NCBI GenBank assembly: GCA_963532505.1
Contig: CAUSLX010000001.1
Span: 1-37,314, forward strand
Source of the DNA: an uncultured Candidatus Saccharibacteria bacterium
GTDB lineage: Bacteria; Patescibacteriota; Saccharimonadia; Saccharimonadales; Saccharimonadaceae
Direction: 5' to 3'
DNA: 37,314 bases
A model generated the notes under the pieces. It was not told where the DNA came from, searched no databases, and was given only the letters and a program-made list of their open reading frames with translations. Of this stretch, positions 1 through 8,044 are shown piece after piece. The translations under genes and the position numbers were made by a program. Every line of letters begins with the position of its first letter. Within the stretch, counting starts at the first letter, position 1.

Positions 1-213
1 GTGAAATGGCAGATTTGTGACGGCGATTCCCTCGACGCTAAAATTCAAGTGATTTGTCGTATTGACCATGTCGATTTCTGCTTGCGACAAACCTCCCGGC
101 ACATGCAACGCGGAAATTATAATAGCTCCTATGTACAACAGCGCCAGTAGCGTATAGCCGAAAACGTAGCGCCATCGGTAAAGGAATATATCGGTAACTT
201 TTTGCTTTTTCAT
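1..213 (-). CDS. 5' part of a membrane protein running off the window edge (possibly GT-C/ArnT-like)
   Basis: Not in the ORF track. Open frame from ATG at 213: MKKQKVTDIFLYRWRYVFGYTLLALLYIGAIIISALHVPGGLSQAEIDM..., with a TM helix and no stop before base 1. TGtTATAAT lies 7 nt upstream. Confidence 0.75.
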   Translation of the reverse strand, partial: MKKQKVTDIFLYRWRYVFGYTLLALLYIGAIIISALHVPGGLSQAEIDMVNTTNHLNFSVEGIAVTNLPFH

Positions 214-234
214 TGGTATGATTATAACACAATT

Positions 235-1587
235 CTATTCATGCTTGCGATCCAGACTCATAAAGCGTAGGCGCTCTGGGTGGAAGTATAACTGAACTTT
301 ACCGACTGGGCCATTACGGTGCTTAGCGATGATTAAGTCTGTAATATTCTGTACTTCTGGGTTGTCGGGTTCGTAATATCCAGGGCGATAAATAAAGCTC
401 ACGATGTCGGCGTCCTGCTCAATGGAACCGGATTCACGCAGGTCGGCTAGTTGCGGAATTGGCGGCGTGCGTGATTCAACAGAACGGCTCAACTGACTCA
501 GGGCGATTAGCGGCACATTCAATTCGCGAGCAATAAGCTTCAGTCCGCGGGAAATTTCCGAAACTTCCTGAACGCGGTTTCCGTTGTGGTTTCCGTTGGC
601 CTGCATAAGTTGCAAATAGTCGACGATGATTAATCCCAATTGGTTCTCGTGGGCAATTCGACGCGCTTTAGTTCGCATCTCCAAAACTGATAATCCCGGC
701 GTGTCATCGATATAAATTGGTGCCTCAGCCATTTCTCCCATAGCCTCAGACAATTTAGCAAAATCTTCATCGCTCAGGTTTCCGGTGCGAATATTCCAGC
801 TATCAACACCCGACGCATCCGCCAACATGCGGTCGACCAGCTGTTCCTTACTCATCTCTAGGCTGAAAAATAGGACAGAATTTTTCTCAATAGTTGCCAC
901 ATTATAAGCCAAATTCGTCACCAGTGTCGTCTTACCCATGGCTGGACGTGCCGCCAGAATGATCAAGTCCGATTTTTGCAAACCAGCGGTCATATTATCC
1001 AGATCGCGATAGCCAGTACGAACTCCCCTGAGAGAACCTTTATTCTTACTGAGCTCTTCAATTCGGTCAAAACTATCTGTCAGAATGCTTTCCAGACTGA
1101 CCAAATCTTGCTTGGTTGATTGGTCCGACACGCTGAAAAGTTCAGCTTCGGCCTTCTCTAATAATTCCTGCGTGGTCGTCGATTCGTCATATCCAAGCTC
1201 GGAAATGTCACCGCTCGCTTTTATCAGACGCCTGCGAACCGCTGCTTGCGCAATCATCTCCGCGTAAGCCGATGCGTGCGCTGCCGTTGGGACGTAGTTC
1301 GTTAGCTCTGTCAGATATGCCGATCCGCCAACCAATTCCAGCTCGTCCTTTCGCTTCAATTCGTCGGTTAAGGTCAATAGGTCGACGGGCTTGTGTTTTT
1401 CAAATAATCGCATCATTCCAGCAAAAATCAGTCCGTGATTCTTGTCATAAAAATCACTAGGGTGAGTAATTTCTGCGGCGTCCGCCAAAACTTCCTCGTC
1501 AATTAAAACCGCCCCAAGCAAACTCTTTTCTGCGTCCAAATTTTGTGGTGGTATCTTCCCTTTTACTTCTTCGCTTTTATCTGCCAT
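235..1587 (-). CDS. dnaB: Replicative DNA helicase DnaB
   Basis: Motifs PPQNLDAE, Walker A AARPAMGKT, FSLEMS, IVDYLQL, LRESGSIEQDAD, IIAKHRNGP. ATG at 1587 overlaps the dnaX TGA; GGAGGA upstream. Confidence 0.98.
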   Translation of the reverse strand: MADKSEEVKGKIPPQNLDAEKSLLGAVLIDEEVLADAAEITHPSDFYDKNHGLIFAGMMRLFEKHKPVDLLTLTDELKRKDELELVGGSAYLTELTNYVPTAAHASAYAEMIAQAAVRRRLIKASGDISELGYDESTTTQELLEKAEAELFSVSDQSTKQDLVSLESILTDSFDRIEELSKNKGSLRGVRTGYRDLDNMTAGLQKSDLIILAARPAMGKTTLVTNLAYNVATIEKNSVLFFSLEMSKEQLVDRMLADASGVDSWNIRTGNLSDEDFAKLSEAMGEMAEAPIYIDDTPGLSVLEMRTKARRIAHENQLGLIIVDYLQLMQANGNHNGNRVQEVSEISRGLKLIARELNVPLIALSQLSRSVESRTPPIPQLADLRESGSIEQDADIVSFIYRPGYYEPDNPEVQNITDLIIAKHRNGPVGKVQLYFHPERLRFMSLDRKHE

Positions 1588-3035
1588 CAAATATCCTCCA
1601 GCTTAACTTCTTCGCCACCACCCATTAATTCTGCAATTTCCGCCAATTTTTCGTCCTCTGGCGGCTTCTTCTCTCCAATTATATCAATTTCCAAATCCAT
1701 CGCGGTTTCTTCTGAGATAATTTCTGAGATCAATGGTTTGTTTTTTGCGTCGTCCAGCTTTTTCTTATAAAACGCGGAACCTGCGTAAATTGTCAATTTT
1801 TCACCGTCAAACGACCACTGGCTTTTCTGCAATAATGACGCCAGCCCGAGGGATTTCTCCTTCGCTCTTTTAATGACTTTTTCCCAATTTAGCTCTAGTG
1901 GCGCGTCAGTTTTCTTTGGTTTTGTGGCAGGTTTTTTTGCTAGCTCGGCTGGTTTTTCTTCCTTTTCAATCGGCTTTTCTGTCGGTTTGGTTGGCTCTAC
2001 AGACTTAATTGGCGTTGGTTTTGCGGCAGGTTTTTGGGTCGCGGCTTGAGCTATATTTTTCTTTGGCGCGGCTGGCTTTCCTGTCGGCTGAGAATTGCTA
2101 TTCATAAATATCGTCAATAATTTCAAGTCTGGATGCGGGTGCCGATCAACCTCGATCAGTTGCTGAACCAACCCAATAAGATTCGGATTTTTCCGTAATC
2201 TATTGCGAGCAATTGACAATAATTGATGCGACACAACAACTGAATTCGCGCCACTATTTTCTAATTCCTGAAAGATGTTTAAGACTTTCTCGTTGTCGTC
2301 GGATGGATATGAATCCAACAAATTGCCGAGCATCGTCGCGTCGCTAAGCCCCAAATATTCGGTAACCATATTCGCCGTCAGTGGCTGGTCTGATGTTGCT
2401 AAAATCGACAATTGGTCAAGCGCACTAATGCCGTCACGGAATCCGCCACGGGAACGTTCAGCGATTAACCTGGCAGCATCCTCTTCAATTGCAAATCCTT
2501 CTTTTTTCGCTATATTCATTAACTGGCGCGTCATAATTTCCGTCGGAATTGGGCGGAAGAAAAATTGCTGGACACGGCTAAGAATGGTGGCTGGAAGTTT
2601 GTCGGCGTCGGTTGTAGCTAAGATAAACACCACGTGTTCTGGCGGTTCTTCCAGGGTTTTTAATAGCGCGTTAAATGCTGATTTTGACAGCATGTGAACT
2701 TCGTCGATGATATAAACTTTTTTCGGCGCAGAAACAGGCGCGACTTGGGCTTTTTCTCTTAAGGCTCGAATGTCGTCAACGCCGTTATTGCTGGCTGCGT
2801 CAATTTCAATAATATCCAAGTTTGAAGCGTCGTCGTCATATGGCAAATGGTTAATCTCGTGCGCCAGAATTCGCGCCACCGATGTTTTTCCCACGCCACG
2901 CGGTCCAGTCAACAAGTACGCATGAGCAATTTTTCCCTGCTCTAACGCTCGACGTAAAATACTAGTCACGTGATCTTGACCTAAAACTTCATCCAAACTG
3001 CGACTGCGATATTTACGATATAGCGCCTGACTCAT
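1587..3035 (-). CDS. dnaX: DNA polymerase III subunit gamma/tau
   Basis: ALYRKYRS, GPRGVGKT, EIDAASNNGVDDIR, IIDEVHML, FNALLKTLEEPP; P/K/A/T-rich linker before the C-terminal domain. Confidence 0.97.
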   Translation of the reverse strand: MSQALYRKYRSRSLDEVLGQDHVTSILRRALEQGKIAHAYLLTGPRGVGKTSVARILAHEINHLPYDDDASNLDIIEIDAASNNGVDDIRALREKAQVAPVSAPKKVYIIDEVHMLSKSAFNALLKTLEEPPEHVVFILATTDADKLPATILSRVQQFFFRPIPTEIMTRQLMNIAKKEGFAIEEDAARLIAERSRGGFRDGISALDQLSILATSDQPLTANMVTEYLGLSDATMLGNLLDSYPSDDNEKVLNIFQELENSGANSVVVSHQLLSIARNRLRKNPNLIGLVQQLIEVDRHPHPDLKLLTIFMNSNSQPTGKPAAPKKNIAQAATQKPAAKPTPIKSVEPTKPTEKPIEKEEKPAELAKKPATKPKKTDAPLELNWEKVIKRAKEKSLGLASLLQKSQWSFDGEKLTIYAGSAFYKKKLDDAKNKPLISEIISEETAMDLEIDIIGEKKPPEDEKLAEIAELMGGGEEVKLEDI

Positions 3036-3088
3036 CCCCTCATGCTCCTCATGAGATAATTATAGCAAACTATACCTTGAGACAGAAG

Positions 3089-3310
3089 TTAACAAATGTG
3101 ATTTCCGAGTATTCGAGATCGCATAAATACGATTATTATTGTAATAATGGCAGTAATTATGCAAGTTAATAACAGAGCCTTAGACTTCTTGCTAATTTTT
3201 TCTTTCTTAAGGATGAATATTGATGTAATTAGAGTCACCACTCCCAAGATGTATGGCAAGTATCGTGCCAGTACTATTGAAGTATTTAATAATATTGTAG
3301 TTAAGCTCAC
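3089..3310 (-). CDS. Small AT-rich membrane protein (2-3 hydrophobic segments)
   Basis: GTG start preceded by AAGGAGG; hydrophobic helices flanking a Lys-rich loop. Confidence 0.6.
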   Translation of the reverse strand: MSLTTILLNTSIVLARYLPYILGVVTLITSIFILKKEKISKKSKALLLTCIITAIITIIIVFMRSRILGNHIC

Positions 3311-3408
3311 TAGTAGCCTCCTTTGCTGTGAAAGTTTGATTTATATATATCAGTAATAGAGTGAAATTTCAAGCTATTTCATCAAAAATATATTGCAAAA
3401 ATAAGGTT

Positions 3409-4284
3409 TTAAAATAATGTTAATTGCTCTGTTGGTAAATCCAGCTCAATCTCTCTGTCAACTTTTTGCGCCCGATAGCCAATAAGCTTTTTAATATTGT
3501 AAGCCAGCAGCTGACTATCGTAATCAGTGATGACAATTGAGCCGATGACGCTGCGTACATGTCCGACCAATTGACTATAATCCTTCATTAAAACGACATG
3601 CGACAGATCAACACCAGCGGTTTGAAAATAATCTTCGCAAGGAATTAGCTCGGATTTCGGAAACGACACGCCAATTTTCTGCTCAATTTCAAGTAATTTT
3701 TGTCGCAATTCCCTTTCGCCGTCAGCACGGTCAAAAGGTTGTTTTATCAATTCCATCTTTTTGTGAACTGGCAGAGTTTCAGCTATTCCGTCCAGCTTGG
3801 AAATTTTCGCCTCGTACTGCCTGGCGATCAATGCCGAAGAAAACGTTTCTAATTTTATGGCTAATCGCGCTCCCTGTTCCAATAATCTCCGAATTCCGCG
3901 CTCTTCTTGCGAGATTCCGACTTTTATGACGTTCGGCGCGAAGTACGCCAAGTAAACAAAGTGCGGATTTTGATTGATTTTTTCTTGTTGGACGGAAACC
4001 GAACTGGCGTTATAAAATGCTGGATTAAAGCCAGTTTTGTCGCGGCATTTTAGGCAATTTTCATACTTTTCATCAACCGTGGCGTGGTCTGGGCAGATTT
4101 GGCTACGGCGATTCTCAAAATCCACCCAACCCGTGCAATATTTGACAGAAAAATCAAACTCAAGAGACAAATTTTGCTCGAACAATTCATGACGCTCAAT
4201 TTTACTGTCAACTTGACATTCAATAAAAGGCTTATTGTCAGCGTTAAAACTGGCGTAACTGAGCAAAAACTCGCTCGGTATCAT
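3409..4284 (-). CDS. DUF2797-like putative Zn-binding protein
   Basis: C..C..CxxC cluster, then VYLAYF...KVGIS...RLLEQGA pattern recalled for DUF2797. Confidence 0.7.
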   Translation of the reverse strand: MIPSEFLLSYASFNADNKPFIECQVDSKIERHELFEQNLSLEFDFSVKYCTGWVDFENRRSQICPDHATVDEKYENCLKCRDKTGFNPAFYNASSVSVQQEKINQNPHFVYLAYFAPNVIKVGISQEERGIRRLLEQGARLAIKLETFSSALIARQYEAKISKLDGIAETLPVHKKMELIKQPFDRADGERELRQKLLEIEQKIGVSFPKSELIPCEDYFQTAGVDLSHVVLMKDYSQLVGHVRSVIGSIVITDYDSQLLAYNIKKLIGYRAQKVDREIELDLPTEQLTLF

Positions 4285-4293
4285 AAGATTTCC

Positions 4294-4809
4294 TTATAAT
4301 GCAGCTTCGACTGCAGCCCAAGTTGCGTCAGGATTGTCTTCAGGGATGATGATTGTAACTTGGTCGCCGACGTTAATTCGGAAGTAAGTTACGCTAGCAA
4401 GCAAAATACGATATTCGCGTCCAGAAGCCTCGACGTAGTAAATTCCGTCGTGCTGGACAAGTGTTCCGATAACTTGCTTTCGAGGCACAGGACCGATTTG
4501 CTTATAGATAAAGCTGCCGTCTTCAGCGATTGTCAATTTCATCAGGTCACCTTCAACCAGCTTCGACTTTGAAGCGTAGTTAGCTGGGATCGGATAATTT
4601 TTGCCGTCTGGGCTAAGCATCATCTGGCCGTCAAATACGCCTTCGATAATCTTTCCTGTTACATCATCTGACGAATTTTTTGGCGTGACAACTTGTCCAT
4701 CGTCGCCAATAATACTAATCAATAATTCTTTTGCGGCAGCTAAATTGGTTTCCGCCTCTTGAATAAGTGTCCTCAGACGCTTAATTTGCTTTTCTGGTAA
4801 TTCAGACAT
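4294..4809 (-). CDS. Conserved hypothetical protein (N-terminal coiled coil plus two beta-rich repeats)
   Basis: 171-aa ORF with AAGGAA upstream; EGVFDG...PANYASKSKLVEGD motif. Confidence 0.75.
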   Translation of the reverse strand: MSELPEKQIKRLRTLIQEAETNLAAAKELLISIIGDDGQVVTPKNSSDDVTGKIIEGVFDGQMMLSPDGKNYPIPANYASKSKLVEGDLMKLTIAEDGSFIYKQIGPVPRKQVIGTLVQHDGIYYVEASGREYRILLASVTYFRINVGDQVTIIIPEDNPDATWAAVEAAL

Positions 4810-4999
4810 GGTTCTCGCAATTCCTTTGTCTATTTTTTATAATACTTAACTAATATATAGCATATCCTTACATTTATATCAAGTCGTGTCATTTGATTTT
4901 CTCTGATTTTCCACAGCGCTATAAGATATGGACGAAAAAGTGTTGCAAATTTTACTCTTGAAAATGATGTGCGGTTCGTGATATTAAGATTGGCTACAT

Positions 5000-5029
5000 A
5001 AAAATCACCGCCCAGAGCGGACGGTGATT
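5000..5029 (-). terminator. Intrinsic terminator after rplL
   Basis: Minus strand AATCACCGTCCGCTCTGGGCGGTGATTTTT: stem-loop plus U tract. Confidence 0.85.
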
Positions 5030-5059
5030 AAACGAAACAAATTGGCATTGTATAACAAA

Positions 5060-5437
5060 TTATGAAAGCTCGACAGTAGCGCCAGCGTCTTCCAAAGTTT
5101 TCTTTGCAGCTTCAGCTTCGTCTTTAGAAACTTTTTCCTTGACTGGGGCTGGAGCGCCGTCAACGATAGCTTTTGCTTCACCTAGACCTAGGCCGGTGAT
5201 TTCCTTGACAGCCTTGATGACTGCAACCTTCTGAGAACCAGCGTCTTTCAAAGTAACTGTGAACTCAGTTTTTTCGTCAGCAGCGGCAGCGTCACCACCA
5301 GCAGCTGGACCAGCAACAGCGACAGCTGCAGCAGCTGGCTCGATGCCGTATTCTTCTTTAAGATGATTTTTCAATTCGTTAACTTCTAGAACTGTCAATT
5401 TTACAAGTTCTTCAGCCAATTTCTTAATATCAGCCAT
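5060..5437 (-). CDS. rplL: 50S ribosomal protein L7/L12
   Basis: [17 protein letters not shown] hinge, [20 protein letters not shown]. Confidence 0.99.
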   Translation of the reverse strand: MADIKKLAEELVKLTVLEVNELKNHLKEEYGIEPAAAAVAVAGPAAGGDAAAADEKTEFTVTLKDAGSQKVAVIKAVKEITGLGLGEAKAIVDGAPAPVKEKVSKDEAEAAKKTLEDAGATVELS

Positions 5438-5502
5438 TGATATTCTCCTTTATTATTATATTGTTGCGATTGTTGCAACGTTACTAGTGTTGATTGCTAA
5501 AC

Positions 5503-6027
5503 TTAAGCAGTAGCTTTGGCTTCGATGCCGTCCAAAAGTCCGTGCAAATTGCCGCCAAGCGCGTTGACCGTGTCGTGTACTGGTGATAGCAATTGTGATA
5601 CCACTTGAGCAACGAGTTGGTCTTTGCTTGGTAGGCTTGCCAACGCCTTAACGTCAGCTTCGCTAATTGCCAAGCCTTCGCCCGAGAAGCCACCTGCAAG
5701 TTGTAATGCTGGATGTGTTTTTGCAAACGTGTCCAATACCTTTGCTGGCATAACTTCATCTTCGCTACTTACAGCGTAAACCAATTGACCAACCAATAAG
5801 CTGGTGTCGGTTTCTTTGTAAGTGTCGATTTCCTGAAGAGCTACGCGTACCAATCGGTTTTTAACAACCTTGATGGTAACGCCCGCTTCGCGAGCAGCCT
5901 TGCGTAGTTCTTGTAGGTCGGCAACGGTAAGGGTTTGATATCGAGCAAAAGCCGTACCCTTAGCGTCTTTTAATAGCTCTGTCAGTTCAGCAACCAAAGT
6001 TTGTTTTTTATCGCGTGAAATTGCCAT
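5503..6027 (-). CDS. rplJ: 50S ribosomal protein L10
   Basis: LTVADLQELR, KVVKNRL, LASLPSKDQL; directly upstream of rplL. Confidence 0.98.
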   Translation of the reverse strand: MAISRDKKQTLVAELTELLKDAKGTAFARYQTLTVADLQELRKAAREAGVTIKVVKNRLVRVALQEIDTYKETDTSLLVGQLVYAVSSEDEVMPAKVLDTFAKTHPALQLAGGFSGEGLAISEADVKALASLPSKDQLVAQVVSQLLSPVHDTVNALGGNLHGLLDGIEAKATA

Positions 6028-6088
6028 AAAAATCCTTTCTTTGATTGAGTTAATTTGTTATGTGCCAATTTGTTAACGTGCGGTAATG

Positions 6089-6210
6089 GAGAATCAAAAA
6101 ACGTCTTTGATTCTCGCACTACCAAAGACGTCAAATAAAACTGTTAGTTTCATCCCTCGGTGGCATTTTTATACTTGTTTTACGTTAAGTCGCCACTGTC
6201 TTTGGTAATG
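6089..6210 (-). promoter_or_regulatory. L10 leader (r-protein autoregulatory RNA with attenuator)
   Basis: CCAAAGACAGUGGC...GCCACCGAGG resembles the L10_leader core; followed by terminator ACGUCUUUG-loop-CAAAGACGU plus U tract. Confidence 0.8.
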
Positions 6211-6219
6211 TTCCAGACC

Positions 6220-6248
6220 ATTGTAGCAGAAATGACAACGAAAGACAA
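6220..6248 (-). promoter_or_regulatory. Sigma70-type promoter of rplJL
   Basis: TTGTCT-N17-TACAAT with extended TG. Confidence 0.7.
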
Positions 6249-6309
6249 GAGTTATGGCAATTATTTTCCAGCCGATTCAATCGCCTTATTTATCGCATTT
6301 TCGCCTAGC

Positions 6310-6337
6310 AAAAATCCCGCCAGAATCGACGGGATTT
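6310..6337 (-). terminator. Intrinsic terminator after rplA
   Basis: Minus strand AAATCCCGTCGATTCTGGCGGGATTTTT. Confidence 0.85.
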
Positions 6338-6357
6338 AATTGCCTGAAATATAAAGA

Positions 6358-7365
6358 TTACAGAGAGTTCTCTACTTTAATGCCAGGGCCCATAGTTGTG
6401 GCAATTGCGATGCTCTTAACGTAAACACCCTTTAAGCTGGATGGCTTTTGGGAGTTCAAGCTGGTTAAGAATGCGCGTGCGTTTTCTGACAATTTTTCAG
6501 CTCCGAATGATACTTTGCCGATTGACAAGTGAACGATGGCTTGCTTATCAACGCGGTATTCAACTTTTCCGGCTTTCGCTTCAGAAACGGCTTTAGCGAC
6601 GTCAGTAGCGACAGTGCCAGACTTTGGATTTGGCATCAAGCCGCGTGGGCCAAGCAAACGTGCGTATTTACCAAGCTTTGGCATGTACTGTGGAGTTGCG
6701 ACCAAAATGTCGAAGTTCAATTCTTCCTTGTCCAATTGGCTTAGGAATTCTTCGTCACCGATGATGTCAGCGCCAGCTTTTTTAGCGGCAGCGTGTTCTG
6801 ATTCTGGTGCAAAAACTGCTACGCGAACATCCTTACCTGTACCGTGTGGTAATGCTACGGTTGAGCGAATGTTTTGGTCAGCTTGGCGTGGGTCAACGCC
6901 TAGGCGGATGTGGATTTCAACGCTAGCATCAAACTTAACTGGGCTGGTTTCAGTGGCCAATTTCAAAGCTTCGTCTAAGCTGTACAATTTGTTCTTTTCA
7001 ACGTTTTTTGCAGCTTCTTGATATTTCTTACCGCGGCGCTCCAAGCGTGGACGAGTAACTGGCTTTGGACCCTTCTTTATGTGAGCCTCAGCATCGTCAG
7101 ACTGTGGAGTGGTGTCGCCAGCTTCCTTGCGAGCTTCCTTCTCTGCTTTTTCAGCAGCTTCATCTAGGGCTTTTTGGCTGCGCTTGCCAGACTTAGCGAC
7201 AACAGCTTCGCGCTCAGCAACAACGTCTTTGTCTTTGTTGTCGTGAGATTTGCTTGCGTCTGTAGCTTCTGCAATTGCTGCTTCAATTTCAGCGATTGTA
7301 TTTTTCTCACTGACTTCTAATTTTAGTTCTGCTGCTTTTTCTAGCAACTCGGCTTTCTTTGCCAT
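6358..7365 (-). CDS. rplA: 50S ribosomal protein L1 with ~105-aa N-terminal extension
   Basis: [38 protein letters not shown] at 7365 with AGAAAGGA RBS gives 335 aa. Confidence 0.97.
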   Translation of the reverse strand: MAKKAELLEKAAELKLEVSEKNTIAEIEAAIAEATDASKSHDNKDKDVVAEREAVVAKSGKRSQKALDEAAEKAEKEARKEAGDTTPQSDDAEAHIKKGPKPVTRPRLERRGKKYQEAAKNVEKNKLYSLDEALKLATETSPVKFDASVEIHIRLGVDPRQADQNIRSTVALPHGTGKDVRVAVFAPESEHAAAKKAGADIIGDEEFLSQLDKEELNFDILVATPQYMPKLGKYARLLGPRGLMPNPKSGTVATDVAKAVSEAKAGKVEYRVDKQAIVHLSIGKVSFGAEKLSENARAFLTSLNSQKPSSLKGVYVKSIAIATTMGPGIKVENSL

Positions 7366-7377
7366 AAAAAATCCTTT

Positions 7378-7424
7378 CTGTGGTACGAACGGCAATTTGT
7401 CATCTTAACAAATCAGCCTCCCAA
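7378..7424 (-). promoter_or_regulatory. Putative L1-binding autoregulatory leader
   Basis: UUGGGAGGC-hairpin-GCCGUUCGUACCAC directly before the RBS, matching the GGGAG...ACCAC pattern of L1 operator sites. TGgTATAAT promoter at 7445-7453. Confidence 0.7.
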
Positions 7425-7504
7425 CATTGATTGATAATGGTGAAATTATACCATATTTTCAGAGATTGAGGCAAATGTTTGATTTTATGGAGAATAATTG
7501 TACT

Positions 7505-8011
7505 ATGAGTAAAGTTTTAAATAATCCAGATGGTAATTTTAAGAAAATATTTGAGGAAATAGTAAGTGAACTTACTCCGCCTTGCGAGAAGAAAGATGAT
7601 ATACCTGTTCCGAAACAATGTGTAGATTGCCCGAGAGTAGCATATATGTTGGGTTATTTAGGTAGTCTCGGAGAGTCTGCAGCATGTCTTATGGAAGCGG
7701 CTATGGGCGATAAAGTTACAATATCGACTAATGAAGAAACGATTTATGGAGATGAAGCGACTAGGCGTCTTCGTCAAATTGCTGCCGAAACGTTAAACAA
7801 GTTGGATGAAGAAACTAATACAATAGGAGAAGAAATCGTAAGGTCTACTAATGGATGCAAAGGGCCTTTAGTTCTTGAAGAGTCTGATGGTCGTCGGACT
7901 GTGCGCGTCACTGCGTGTGATAGTCCTGAAATGCTTGATTCGGCAGGGCTGGGCGAGGAGCAAATCGGTGAGCCAGTGGTAATAAAGCGCGAGAAGAAAA
8001 ATAAAGATTAA
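7505..8011 (+). CDS. Hypothetical acidic Cys-containing protein
   Basis: Long ORF with CVDC and further Cys. Start uncertain (7427/7487/7505); the upstream options run into the rplA promoter region. Confidence 0.65.
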   Translation: MSKVLNNPDGNFKKIFEEIVSELTPPCEKKDDIPVPKQCVDCPRVAYMLGYLGSLGESAACLMEAAMGDKVTISTNEETIYGDEATRRLRQIAAETLNKLDEETNTIGEEIVRSTNGCKGPLVLEESDGRRTVRVTACDSPEMLDSAGLGEEQIGEPVVIKREKKNKD

Positions 8012-8044
8012 CATATAATTGCTGTTTTTGATAAAATAGTAATT

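Noticed and set aside
38..232. 64-aa ORF-track ORF
   Set aside because: Shadow frame; the ATG-213 frame running off the edge has a TM helix and promoter and is the better gene.
1730..2100. Possible programmed frameshift/slippage in dnaX (gamma vs tau); A-runs such as GCAAAAAAAC near 1931-1940
   Set aside because: No A AAA AAG plus hairpin or 9-A run recognised; the runs are explained by Lys codons in a low-complexity linker.
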